Assembly: GCA_964489445.1 (NCBI GenBank)
Contig: CAZAYU010000003.1
Location: forward strand, 65,172-129,171
Reading direction: 5' to 3'
Length of the DNA stretch: 64,000 nucleotides
Source of the DNA: an uncultured Planctomycetia bacterium
GTDB lineage: Bacteria > Omnitrophota > Gorgyraeia > Duberdicusellales > 4484-171
The notes beneath the pieces were generated by a model. That model was not told the origin of the DNA. It saw only the letters and a list, made by a program, of their open reading frames with translations, and did not search any database. The position numbers were made by a program, and so were the translations under genes. Of this stretch, positions 48,609 to 57,776 are shown in pieces. Each line of letters begins with the position of its first letter. The first letter of the stretch is position 1.

Positions 48609-50231
48609 ATGAGTTATAGCAAAAATTATTCATTTAAAGCAGTTATTTTTGATTTAGACGGAGTAGTTACCAAAACCGCTCTTGTGCATGCAGCAGCATG
48701 GAAAGAGGCTTTTGATGAATATTTACATTTAAGACAGACAAGAGATAAAGAGCCTTTTTGTGAATTTACTCATCAGAATGATTATCTTCCTTATGTTGAT
48801 GGTAAACCACGCTATAAAGGAGTAAAAAGCTTTTTGGAGTCAAGAGGTATTAATATTCCTTACGGAGAACCCACTGATTCACAGGATACCGAGAGTATTT
48901 GCGGTATAGGAAACAAAAAGAATGCAAAGTTTTGTCAAGTCTTAAGAGCTAAAGGGGTTGAAGTTTATCCTTCAACTATCCAGCTAATAAAATCTTTAGA
49001 AAGCGCAGGGGTAAAAATAGGAGTAGCTTCTTCTTCAAAAAACTGTAAAGAAATTTTAGAGGTTGCCAATATCGAAGATTTTTTTAAAACGAGAGTGGAT
49101 GGTGTAGTTTCTGTTGAGTTAGGCCTTAAAGGAAAGCCCGAAGGAGATATTTTTACAACAGCAGCTTTTAACCTTGGAGTTGTGCCGTCTGAGTCAGTAG
49201 TTGTTGAGGATGCATCTTCAGGTGTGGCTGCTGGCAGAAATGGTGGTTTCGGATTAGTTATTGGCTTAGCTAGAGAGAATAATCAGAAGGAATTACTTGA
49301 GAATGGAGCTGATTTAGTAGCTACAGATTTAGCAGAAATAAATTTAGCGTTAATTGAACAATGGTTTCATAAAAAACCGAAAGATTTATTCCAGAATTGG
49401 GATAAAGAAAGCAAAGAAATAGAATCGTTAGAAGGCAAAGAAAAAGAAACAGAAGTAATTATTAATCCTTTTTATTTAAACAGCGGGAAGTCTCATCTTT
49501 TTAGTGGCAGAAAGATAGTTTTTTTTCTAGATTATGATGGAACTTTAACACCGATAGTCTCACGTCCGGAGCTAGCAGTGATTTCTAAAGATATGCAAGA
49601 CATCATAAAAGAATTATCTAAAAAATATACTACTGCAATTGTAAGTGGGAGAATGAGGGAAGACGTTGAGAAGCTTGTTGGTATTCCGGGATTAGTTTAT
49701 GCTGGAAGTCATGGGTTTGATATTAAAGGTCCGCAAGTTTCAATGGTTGAACCTCAGGCGGAGAAGACTATACCACTAGTTTCTAAGATAACCGAAAGGC
49801 TCAAAAAAGAATTGTCTACTATCGAGGGAGTGATAATAGAGGAGAAAAAGTTTAGCATGGCGGTGCATTATCGCTTAGCTAGCGAAAAAGAAGTTTCCGG
49901 AATAAAATTATTAGTCCAAGAATTAATTCAAGAAAATAAAAGTTTACGATTAATGGAAGGAAAAAAAGTTTTTGAAATTCTTCCAGCTATAGATTGGAAC
50001 AAAGGCAAAGCAGTAAGGTGGATTATGCAGTCAATAAATATAAAGTGGGATTGTTCATCAGTAGTTTATATTGGTGATGACACGACAGATGAAGATGCAT
50101 TTAGAATAGTTAAGAGCAGAGGAACTGGAATTTTAGTTTCTTCTGTTAGTAAAGCATCAGCAGCTGATTTTTTATTAACATCACCGAAAGAGGTTAAAAA
50201 ATTATTTGAAAGAATCATCAACCATGACTAA
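48609..50231 (+). CDS. otsB: Fusion of a beta-phosphoglucomutase-like HAD and trehalose-6-phosphate phosphatase
   Basis: N-half FDLDGVV...GKP..D.F...VVEDA; C-half FLDYDGTLTPI, VSGR, YAGSHG, HYR, NKGKA, YIGDDTTDEDAF. Confidence 0.88.
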   Translation: MSYSKNYSFKAVIFDLDGVVTKTALVHAAAWKEAFDEYLHLRQTRDKEPFCEFTHQNDYLPYVDGKPRYKGVKSFLESRGINIPYGEPTDSQDTESICGIGNKKNAKFCQVLRAKGVEVYPSTIQLIKSLESAGVKIGVASSSKNCKEILEVANIEDFFKTRVDGVVSVELGLKGKPEGDIFTTAAFNLGVVPSESVVVEDASSGVAAGRNGGFGLVIGLARENNQKELLENGADLVATDLAEINLALIEQWFHKKPKDLFQNWDKESKEIESLEGKEKETEVIINPFYLNSGKSHLFSGRKIVFFLDYDGTLTPIVSRPELAVISKDMQDIIKELSKKYTTAIVSGRMREDVEKLVGIPGLVYAGSHGFDIKGPQVSMVEPQAEKTIPLVSKITERLKKELSTIEGVIIEEKKFSMAVHYRLASEKEVSGIKLLVQELIQENKSLRLMEGKKVFEILPAIDWNKGKAVRWIMQSINIKWDCSSVVYIGDDTTDEDAFRIVKSRGTGILVSSVSKASAADFLLTSPKEVKKLFERIINHD

Positions 50232-52656
50232 AACTAATATTAGTAGGAAAGCTTCTCCATGGGCGATAGTTTACGAACAATTTAATCCTGCCGAAGAAAA
50301 TTTAAGAGAATCTTTATGTACTTTGGGGAATGGGTACTTTGGCACGCGGGGAGCAATATCGGAATCTGTTGCTTCTAAAATTCATTATCCAGGGACATAT
50401 CTTGCCGGTTTGTATAATCGTTTAATAACCAATGTAGCGGGAAAAAGAGTTACTAATGAAGATTTAGTAAATTGCCCTAATTGGGTTTTTTTAACGTTTA
50501 AGATTGGAGACGGTGAGTGGTTTCTTCCAACAGCTAGTAAAATTTTATCTTTTCATCAAAAGCTAGACATGAGAAGAGGAGTTTTGACTAGGAAGATTCG
50601 TTTTCAAAACAAAAAAAAGCAAAGAACCTTTGTAGAAACTAACAGAATTGTCCACATGGCAAATCATCATTGTGCTGCTTTAGAGTACACAATAATTCCG
50701 GAGAATTATAACGAATGGATTACTGTTCGAACGATGTTAGACGGAACAGTGCTGAACACTGGTGTAGAGCGGTATAAACAACTTAATTCTAAGCATTGGA
50801 AATCTGTCTCTTTAGGAAGCTTTGAACGAAATGGTATTTTTCTATCAATGAAGACTAGCCAATCACGGGTAGAACTTTGCGAGGCGGCAAAAATACGTAT
50901 TTTCACTAACGATAAAGAAATTAAACCAGTGATTCGGCATTTAATGAAAGGTAAGGAAAGAATCGGACAGGAGTTTAAATTTTTTGCTCGTGAACGGCGT
51001 TCGTATACTATTGAAAAAATTGTTTCACTCTACACATCTAAAGATGAAGTAGGAGGTAATCTTCTTTCTTTAGCTAAAAAGGCGCTAAAGAAACCGCAAA
51101 GGTATCATACTCTTTTAAAATCGCATCAGAAAGCCTGGGAAGATTTATGGGATAAATTTGATATTAAAGTTGAAGGGCACTCTTTTTCACAAAGGGCCTT
51201 AAGGTTCCATATTTTTCATCTTTTGCAAACAGCATCTTTACATCGGATTTATGTTGATGCTGGCCTTCCGGCACGTGGTTTGCATGGAGAAGCTTACCGC
51301 GGGCATATATTTTGGGATGAGCTTTTTGCGATACCTTCTTATAATATTCATTATCCAGAAATATCTAAAGCGCTATTGATATATCGATATAAACGGCTAG
51401 CAAAAGCCTGGGAATATGCAAAAAAAGAAGGTTATCAAGGAGCGATGTTTCCTTGGCAAAGCGGGTCTTCCGGCAAAGAGGAAACTCAAGTTGTTCATTT
51501 AAATCCATTATCTGGACAATGGGGGCCGGATAATAGTCGAAAACAAAGACATATTTCTTTTGCGATTGTTTACAATGTCTGGGAATACTGGAGAGTTACT
51601 GGAGATTTTGCGTTTTTGATTCGTTATGGTGGAGAAATGATTTTGTCTATTGCTCGTTTTTGGACTAGTTTGGTTAAATATGATCCTTCAGACGGCCGGT
51701 ATCATACTCGTGGTGTAATGGGCCCCGATGAATTCCATGAGAAAATTCCTGGGTCACTTCGCTCAGGATTAAAAGACAATGCCTACACTAATTTAATGAT
51801 AGTTTGGACTCTTTTAAAAGCCCAAGAAATAATAAAGATTCTTCCGGAAGGACGAAAGAAGCGAATTATGAAGAAGATAAAACTGGAGCAGAAGGAATTT
51901 TATCGGTGGAGTGATATTATTCATAAAATGGCGTTAGTAGTAAATGCAGACAGTGTAATCAGCCAGTTTGCCGGGTATTTTAAATTAAAAGAGTTAGATT
52001 GGAAAGGATATAGAGAAGAATATGGCGATATTCAGCGCTTAGACAGGATACTAAAAGCGGAAGGAAAATCTCCAGATAACTATAAAGTTTCTAAGCAGGC
52101 AGATGTGCTAATGATGTTTTATCTTTTACCTATTTCAGAGATAAAAGATATTTTTCAAAGATTAGGTTATAAATTTTGTGAAGATACTTTAAGGAAAAAT
52201 TATAATTATTATGTCAAAAGAACTTCTCATGGGTCATCCTTAAGCAGGGTAGTTACTTGTTTTTTAGCACAATCTTTAAATAAACCGAAAGAAGCATGGC
52301 AAAACTTCTTAGATGTTTTAAACTCTGATATTAATGATGTTCAGGGAGGAACAACAGGAGAGGGAATTCATATTGGAGTTATGGGTGGGTCTATAGATAT
52401 TGTAACAAGAGGATTTGCTGGTCTAAAGATGATTAGGGATAAAATAAAGCTCGACCCTAAGTTGCCGAAAAGCTGGCGAAACCTAAAATTTAAATTTATT
52501 TATAAAGGAACTTGGATTTCAGTATCTTTAAGCCGTTATCAAGCAGGAGTGATAGAACAAGGGCAAGTTGCTGTTCCAGTAGAAATTAACGGGAAAATAT
52601 ATTATCCACTTTTAGGAAAAAAATTAAAAGTTTCTCTAAAAAAAAGGAAAGGATAG
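50224..52656 (+). CDS. GH65 phosphorylase (trehalose/trehalose-6-phosphate/maltose type)
   Basis: LGNGYFGTRG, GLHGEAYRGHIFWDE, GPDEFHE, KQAD, HGSSLS; ATG at 50224. Confidence 0.92.
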   Translation: MTKTNISRKASPWAIVYEQFNPAEENLRESLCTLGNGYFGTRGAISESVASKIHYPGTYLAGLYNRLITNVAGKRVTNEDLVNCPNWVFLTFKIGDGEWFLPTASKILSFHQKLDMRRGVLTRKIRFQNKKKQRTFVETNRIVHMANHHCAALEYTIIPENYNEWITVRTMLDGTVLNTGVERYKQLNSKHWKSVSLGSFERNGIFLSMKTSQSRVELCEAAKIRIFTNDKEIKPVIRHLMKGKERIGQEFKFFARERRSYTIEKIVSLYTSKDEVGGNLLSLAKKALKKPQRYHTLLKSHQKAWEDLWDKFDIKVEGHSFSQRALRFHIFHLLQTASLHRIYVDAGLPARGLHGEAYRGHIFWDELFAIPSYNIHYPEISKALLIYRYKRLAKAWEYAKKEGYQGAMFPWQSGSSGKEETQVVHLNPLSGQWGPDNSRKQRHISFAIVYNVWEYWRVTGDFAFLIRYGGEMILSIARFWTSLVKYDPSDGRYHTRGVMGPDEFHEKIPGSLRSGLKDNAYTNLMIVWTLLKAQEIIKILPEGRKKRIMKKIKLEQKEFYRWSDIIHKMALVVNADSVISQFAGYFKLKELDWKGYREEYGDIQRLDRILKAEGKSPDNYKVSKQADVLMMFYLLPISEIKDIFQRLGYKFCEDTLRKNYNYYVKRTSHGSSLSRVVTCFLAQSLNKPKEAWQNFLDVLNSDINDVQGGTTGEGIHIGVMGGSIDIVTRGFAGLKMIRDKIKLDPKLPKSWRNLKFKFIYKGTWISVSLSRYQAGVIEQGQVAVPVEINGKIYYPLLGKKLKVSLKKRKG

Positions 52657-52886
52657 CAATATTGGGCTGTGCTATTACAAAGCAGTAGAAGCTATTTTGA
52701 GTAACCTCCCCTGTTGATTAAAATATACTAAAATCCTTGCCAATCAACTAATATTATGGTAAATTCCTTCTATATTCAACCAGCTTTCTAAAAAGCTGAG
52801 CAGATTTTATTAAAAACTAAATAATAAGGAAAAAGTCTTTTTAGAAAGTACAGGTTAAGAATAATATTAATTAAGGAGTATGCATA

Positions 52887-54761
52887 ATGAATAATAATTA
52901 TCTTGATTTACTACGAAATAAGATTGATCCAGAAAATTTAGAGAAGATTACTTGTTTAAATAATGCAGAAGTAGTCGAATTTATTGGAGAATATTTAGAG
53001 CTTTGTAATCCAAAGTCAGTGTTTGTAAGGACAGACTCGCCAGAAGATAGTCGCTATATTAGAGAACAATCTTGCGTCTTGGAAGAGGAAAGGAAGTTAA
53101 ATTTTAAAGGGCAAACTATTCATTTTGATGGTTATCTTGATCAAGCCAGGGATAAAAAAAATACTCGCTATCTTATTCCTCAAGAATCAAAGTTTGGTAA
53201 ATATTTAAACAGTGTTAACAAGCAAAAAGGTATTGCCGAGATTAAAGATATACTAAAGAATTGTATGGTGGATAAACAAATGCTAATTTGTTTTTTTTGT
53301 TTAGGGCCATTAGATTCTCCTTTTTCGATTTTAGCAGTGCAGATCACAGATTCTTTTTACGTTGCTCATTCCGAGGATATTTTGTATCGCTCGGGGTATG
53401 AGCAGTTTAAAAAGAGGGGGGGAGATTTTTTTAAGTTTGTGCATAGCGCCGGTGAATTAGAAAACTGTGTAAGTAAAAATGTGGATAAGCGTAGAGTGTA
53501 TATTGATTTAGAAAATAATTTAGTGTATAGCACGAATACTCAGTACGCGGGTAATACAGTGGGTCTTAAAAAACTTGCTTTGCGTTTAGCAATTAAAAAA
53601 GCTTATCGTGAAGGTTGGCTTGCTGAACATATGTTTTTAATGGGAGTAAAAGACTTAGATAACAATAAAGCTTATTTTTGTGGGGCTTATCCAAGCATGT
53701 GTGGAAAAACATCCACAGCGATGCTTTCAGGTGAATCAATAGTCGGAGACGACATTGCTTACTTAAGAGTGATAAATGGGAAAATGATGGCGGTTAATGT
53801 AGAAAGAGGTATTTTTGGGATAATTAAAGGTATTAACCGGAAAGACGATGAAGTTATCTTTAAATCATTAGAAGAAGAAGAAGAAGTTATTTTTTCCAAT
53901 ATTTTAGTGGACGATGGTGACCCTTCTTGGATTGGAAAAGGGGGTTCTGTTTCCCATAAAGGAGTTAATTATTCTGGTGAGTGGTTTCCCGGAAAAACCG
54001 ATCAGGAAGGCAATGAAATACCGCTTTCTCATAAAAATGCCCGATATACAATCCGTTTAAGTGAGTTAGATAATGTTGATAGTAACTTAGAGAATCCTCA
54101 AGGAGTAAATATAAAAGGAATTATTTATGGTGGGAGAGATTCAGACACCTCTGTTCCTGTAGAACAGGCATTATCATGGAGTCAGGGGATTATTACCAAA
54201 GCCGCCAGTTTAGAATCAGAGACAACAGCTGCTACTTTAGGACAAGAGGGGGTAAGGGTTTTTAATCCTATGTCGAATATTGATTTTTTATCCATTTTAT
54301 TGGGAGAATATATCGAAGCCAATTTAAAGCTTGAAAAATTATTAAAAGATGTTCCGCTAATATTCTCAGCCAACTATTTTTTAAAAGGTAAAAAAGGTGA
54401 GTTCTTAAATGGTATGCAGGACAAGAAAATATGGATTAAGTGGATTAGGCTGAGAGCAGATAACCGGCTAGAAGCTTTGCTTACTCCTACAGGTCTAATT
54501 CCTTGCTATGATGATTTAAAGTATTTGTTTCAGAAAGTTCTGGATAAAGATTATTCAAAAGATGAATACATTGAACAGTTTACGTTAAGGATACCGGAGA
54601 ATTTGGACAAAATAGAAAGAATAATTAATATTTATAAAAAATTAGAAAAAATACCAGAAATTCTATTTACTGAATTAGAAAATCAACGTAATCGATTAAC
54701 TAAATGCCAAGATCAATTTGGAAAATACGTTTTTCCAGATAAATTTGGAAAACAGGAATAA
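52887..54761 (+). CDS. pckG: Phosphoenolpyruvate carboxykinase (GTP)
   Basis: GWLAEHM, AYPSMCGKTS, VGDDIA, GGRDSDT; AAGGAG RBS. Confidence 0.93.
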   Translation: MNNNYLDLLRNKIDPENLEKITCLNNAEVVEFIGEYLELCNPKSVFVRTDSPEDSRYIREQSCVLEEERKLNFKGQTIHFDGYLDQARDKKNTRYLIPQESKFGKYLNSVNKQKGIAEIKDILKNCMVDKQMLICFFCLGPLDSPFSILAVQITDSFYVAHSEDILYRSGYEQFKKRGGDFFKFVHSAGELENCVSKNVDKRRVYIDLENNLVYSTNTQYAGNTVGLKKLALRLAIKKAYREGWLAEHMFLMGVKDLDNNKAYFCGAYPSMCGKTSTAMLSGESIVGDDIAYLRVINGKMMAVNVERGIFGIIKGINRKDDEVIFKSLEEEEEVIFSNILVDDGDPSWIGKGGSVSHKGVNYSGEWFPGKTDQEGNEIPLSHKNARYTIRLSELDNVDSNLENPQGVNIKGIIYGGRDSDTSVPVEQALSWSQGIITKAASLESETTAATLGQEGVRVFNPMSNIDFLSILLGEYIEANLKLEKLLKDVPLIFSANYFLKGKKGEFLNGMQDKKIWIKWIRLRADNRLEALLTPTGLIPCYDDLKYLFQKVLDKDYSKDEYIEQFTLRIPENLDKIERIINIYKKLEKIPEILFTELENQRNRLTKCQDQFGKYVFPDKFGKQE

Positions 54762-54763
54762 CT

Positions 54764-55636
54764 ATGGCTCTTGAAGGATTAAAAATATTTAAAAAGGGAA
54801 AGGTTCGTGACGTGTATGATTTAGACGAGCAGTTGCTAATGGTAGCTACTGACCGTATTTCTTGTTTTGATGTTATCTTGCCTACTTTGATTCCGGACAA
54901 AGGTAGAATATTAACTCAAACATCGTTGTTTTGGTTTTCTTATTTAGATGAGTTAGTGGAAAATCATCTTATCTGTGCGGACACAAAGAAATTACCCGTT
55001 TCCTTACAAAAGTTTAGTGAAGATTTACAAGGAAGATTTATGATCACTAAAAAATGTGATGTTGTTCCGTTTGAGTGTGTGGTTAGAGGCTATTTGGCTG
55101 GTTCGGGGCAGAAAGAGTATCAGAAATCACAAAGTGTTTGTGGTATTGATTTGCCTTCAGGGTTAGGAGAATCAGCGAAACTGCCCCAGGTAATATTTAC
55201 GCCTGCTACTAAAGCAGAATCTGGCCATGATGAAAATGTAAGTTTTAAATATATGAAAAGTGTAATTGGTGAAGATTTAGCAGAAAAGCTAAGAAAATTA
55301 AGTATTGATATTTACAGCAAAGCTTCTGCATATGCAGAACAAAAAGGGGTAATTATTGCTGATACAAAATTTGAATTTGGCACATTAAATGGTAAAATTA
55401 TACTAATTGATGAGGTGCTAACACCAGATTCTTCTCGTTTTTGGCCTCAAGATGCTTTTGTTGAAGGAAAATCTCAAGCAAGCTTTGATAAACAATTTGT
55501 TCGTGATTATTTAGAAACCCTTGATTGGGGCAAAACTGCACCAGCTCCGGAATTACCAGAGGAGATAGTTAGTAAAACAAAAGATAAATATAAGCAAATT
55601 TACAAAATGCTTGTTGGCAAGCAATTCAATAGTTAA
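54764..55636 (+). CDS. purC: SAICAR synthetase
   Basis: GKVRDVY, TDRISCFD, ECVVRGY, DTKFEFG, DEVLTPDSSRFW, DKQFVRD. Confidence 0.97.
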   Translation: MALEGLKIFKKGKVRDVYDLDEQLLMVATDRISCFDVILPTLIPDKGRILTQTSLFWFSYLDELVENHLICADTKKLPVSLQKFSEDLQGRFMITKKCDVVPFECVVRGYLAGSGQKEYQKSQSVCGIDLPSGLGESAKLPQVIFTPATKAESGHDENVSFKYMKSVIGEDLAEKLRKLSIDIYSKASAYAEQKGVIIADTKFEFGTLNGKIILIDEVLTPDSSRFWPQDAFVEGKSQASFDKQFVRDYLETLDWGKTAPAPELPEEIVSKTKDKYKQIYKMLVGKQFNS

Positions 55637-55671
55637 AAGATAGAATATTATATAACCAAGAGCTAATTATC

Positions 55672-56463
55672 ATGAAAATAATAGTATGTATTAAACAAGT
55701 TCCGGATACAACAGATGTAAAAATAAATCCAGAGACAAATACCTTAATCAGAGAAGGCGTCGAGTCAATAATCAATCCTTTTGATATGTATGCTTTGGAG
55801 GAAGCGCTAAAACTTAAAGAACGTTTTGGTGGAGAAGCTATAGCAATTACTATGGGGCCTCCGCAAGCTGGACAAGTGTTAAAAGAAGCAATCTCTTTAG
55901 GAATTGATTCAGTGATTCATCTTTCTGATCGAGTGTTTGCTGGTTCTGATACCTGGGCTACTGGTTTAATTCTAGCTAAGGCTATTGAAAAAATAAATGA
56001 CTATGATTTAGTTATTTGCGGAAAACAGGCCTCTGATGGGGATACTGCTCAAGTTGGGCCAGGAATTGCTACACATCTTAATTTACCACAAGCTACTTAT
56101 GTGCGTAGGATAGATACAATCCATATGGATACTTCTCCCAAGATAATTGTTGTAGAAAGGCTTCTAGAAGAAGGCTATGAATTAGTCGAGCTGCAATTTC
56201 CGGCGCTTATTACTGTAGTTAAGGAAATTAATGAGCCACGCTTACCTTCTTTACGGGGTAAGATGAAAGCCCGAAAAGCAGAAATAATTACTTGGAGTAA
56301 TAATGATTTAAATATATCAGAAAAAGAAATCGGTCTTAATGGCTCGCCAACGCAGGTAGTTAAAATTTTTACTCCACCTCAGAAAGAAGGGGGCAAAATC
56401 TTTGAAGGTGAAGCATGCGAAGCTGTTAGCCAACTAGTTGAAGAGATTAAAGAAATTTTGTAG
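55672..56463 (+). CDS. etfB: Electron transfer flavoprotein beta subunit
   Basis: CIKQVPD, INPFD, GSDT, DGDTAQVG, NEPRLP. Confidence 0.95.
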   Translation: MKIIVCIKQVPDTTDVKINPETNTLIREGVESIINPFDMYALEEALKLKERFGGEAIAITMGPPQAGQVLKEAISLGIDSVIHLSDRVFAGSDTWATGLILAKAIEKINDYDLVICGKQASDGDTAQVGPGIATHLNLPQATYVRRIDTIHMDTSPKIIVVERLLEEGYELVELQFPALITVVKEINEPRLPSLRGKMKARKAEIITWSNNDLNISEKEIGLNGSPTQVVKIFTPPQKEGGKIFEGEACEAVSQLVEEIKEIL

Positions 56464-56503
56464 TTGTTTATTGTTATGTTGATAAATATAAATTAAGGAA
56501 AGA

Positions 56504-57694
56504 ATGGCTGGGATTAAGATAATAAAAGATAAATGTGTAGGGTGCAGCTTGTGTGTTTCTGCTTGCCCGCAAGGTGCTATTCGCCTAGAAGATAAAAAAG
56601 TAATTATTGACTTAGATAAGTGTAATTTTTGTGCAGCTTGTATAAGCAGCTGTAACTTTAAAGCTATCGAAATTACGCGTGATGAATTTTCTAAGCAAGA
56701 CATTTCACAATATAAAGGAGTTTGGGTTTTTGCCGAACAAAGAGAAGGAGTTATCGCAAGTGTAGTGTATGAATTATTAAATAAAGCAAAAGAGCTGGCC
56801 AAAGATTTAGACACTTATGTTGGTGTGGTTTTATTAGGAGAAAATATTGAAGATAGAACAAAAGAGCTAATCCAACGAGGGGCTGATAAAGTATTTGTAG
56901 GTAGCTCAACTGTTTTTAAACATTATATCGCTGAAAATTACACAAAGGCGATAGTGAGCTTGATTAATAAATATAAACCAGAAATATTTTTAGCCGGAGC
57001 GACTACAACCGGAAGAAGCTTGGTGTCCAGGATTGCTGTTAACTTATATACTGGTTTAACTGCTGATTGTACAGGATTAGATATCGACAAGCAAAAAAAA
57101 ATATTAGTGCAAACTCGTCCTGCTTTTGGCGGGAATATAATGGCCCAGATAATTTGCCCTAATTATCGTCCGCAGATGGCTACAGTTAGGCATAAAGTGA
57201 TGCCGGAAGCAGAGATTGATATTAGTCGAAAAGGTGAAATTATAAAAGAAATATTCAGTGATGATCTTGAAGATAAAAGAATTAAATTCTTAGATTTTAT
57301 TAAAGAGGCAGCAGCTAATGTAAATCTATCAGAAGCAGATATTATTGTTTCCGGTGGAAGAGGGTTACAAGATCCGAAAAACTTTAAATTAATTGAAGAG
57401 TTAGCTTCTAGTTTAGGTGCGGCTGTTGGTTCATCACGTGCTTGCGTTGATGCTGGGTGGATTCCTTATTCGCACCAGGTAGGACAAACCGGAAGAACAG
57501 TTTGCCCGAAAATGTATATTGCCTGTGGTATTTCCGGGCAAATTCAGCATTTAGTGGGTATGCAATCTTCCAAAACAATCATTGCGATTAATAAAGATCC
57601 GGAAGCTCCAATATTCAAAGTAGCTAATTATGGAATTGTCGGTGATTTATTTGAAATTATTCCTTTGTTAATTAAAAAGATAAAACAGCGATGA
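56504..57694 (+). CDS. etfA: Electron transfer flavoprotein alpha subunit with N-terminal ferredoxin
   Basis: CVGCSLCVSACP and CNFCAACISSC; TGLTADC, RPAFGGN, QVGQTG, GISGQIQH. Confidence 0.95.
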   Translation: MAGIKIIKDKCVGCSLCVSACPQGAIRLEDKKVIIDLDKCNFCAACISSCNFKAIEITRDEFSKQDISQYKGVWVFAEQREGVIASVVYELLNKAKELAKDLDTYVGVVLLGENIEDRTKELIQRGADKVFVGSSTVFKHYIAENYTKAIVSLINKYKPEIFLAGATTTGRSLVSRIAVNLYTGLTADCTGLDIDKQKKILVQTRPAFGGNIMAQIICPNYRPQMATVRHKVMPEAEIDISRKGEIIKEIFSDDLEDKRIKFLDFIKEAAANVNLSEADIIVSGGRGLQDPKNFKLIEELASSLGAAVGSSRACVDAGWIPYSHQVGQTGRTVCPKMYIACGISGQIQHLVGMQSSKTIIAINKDPEAPIFKVANYGIVGDLFEIIPLLIKKIKQR

Positions 57695-57776
57695 TTACTG
57701 GTAAGAAAGATATAAATAGTTTAAATCAAATATCTGTTTTTATTTTGCGATTATCTGCATTTAACAAATTAAAATT

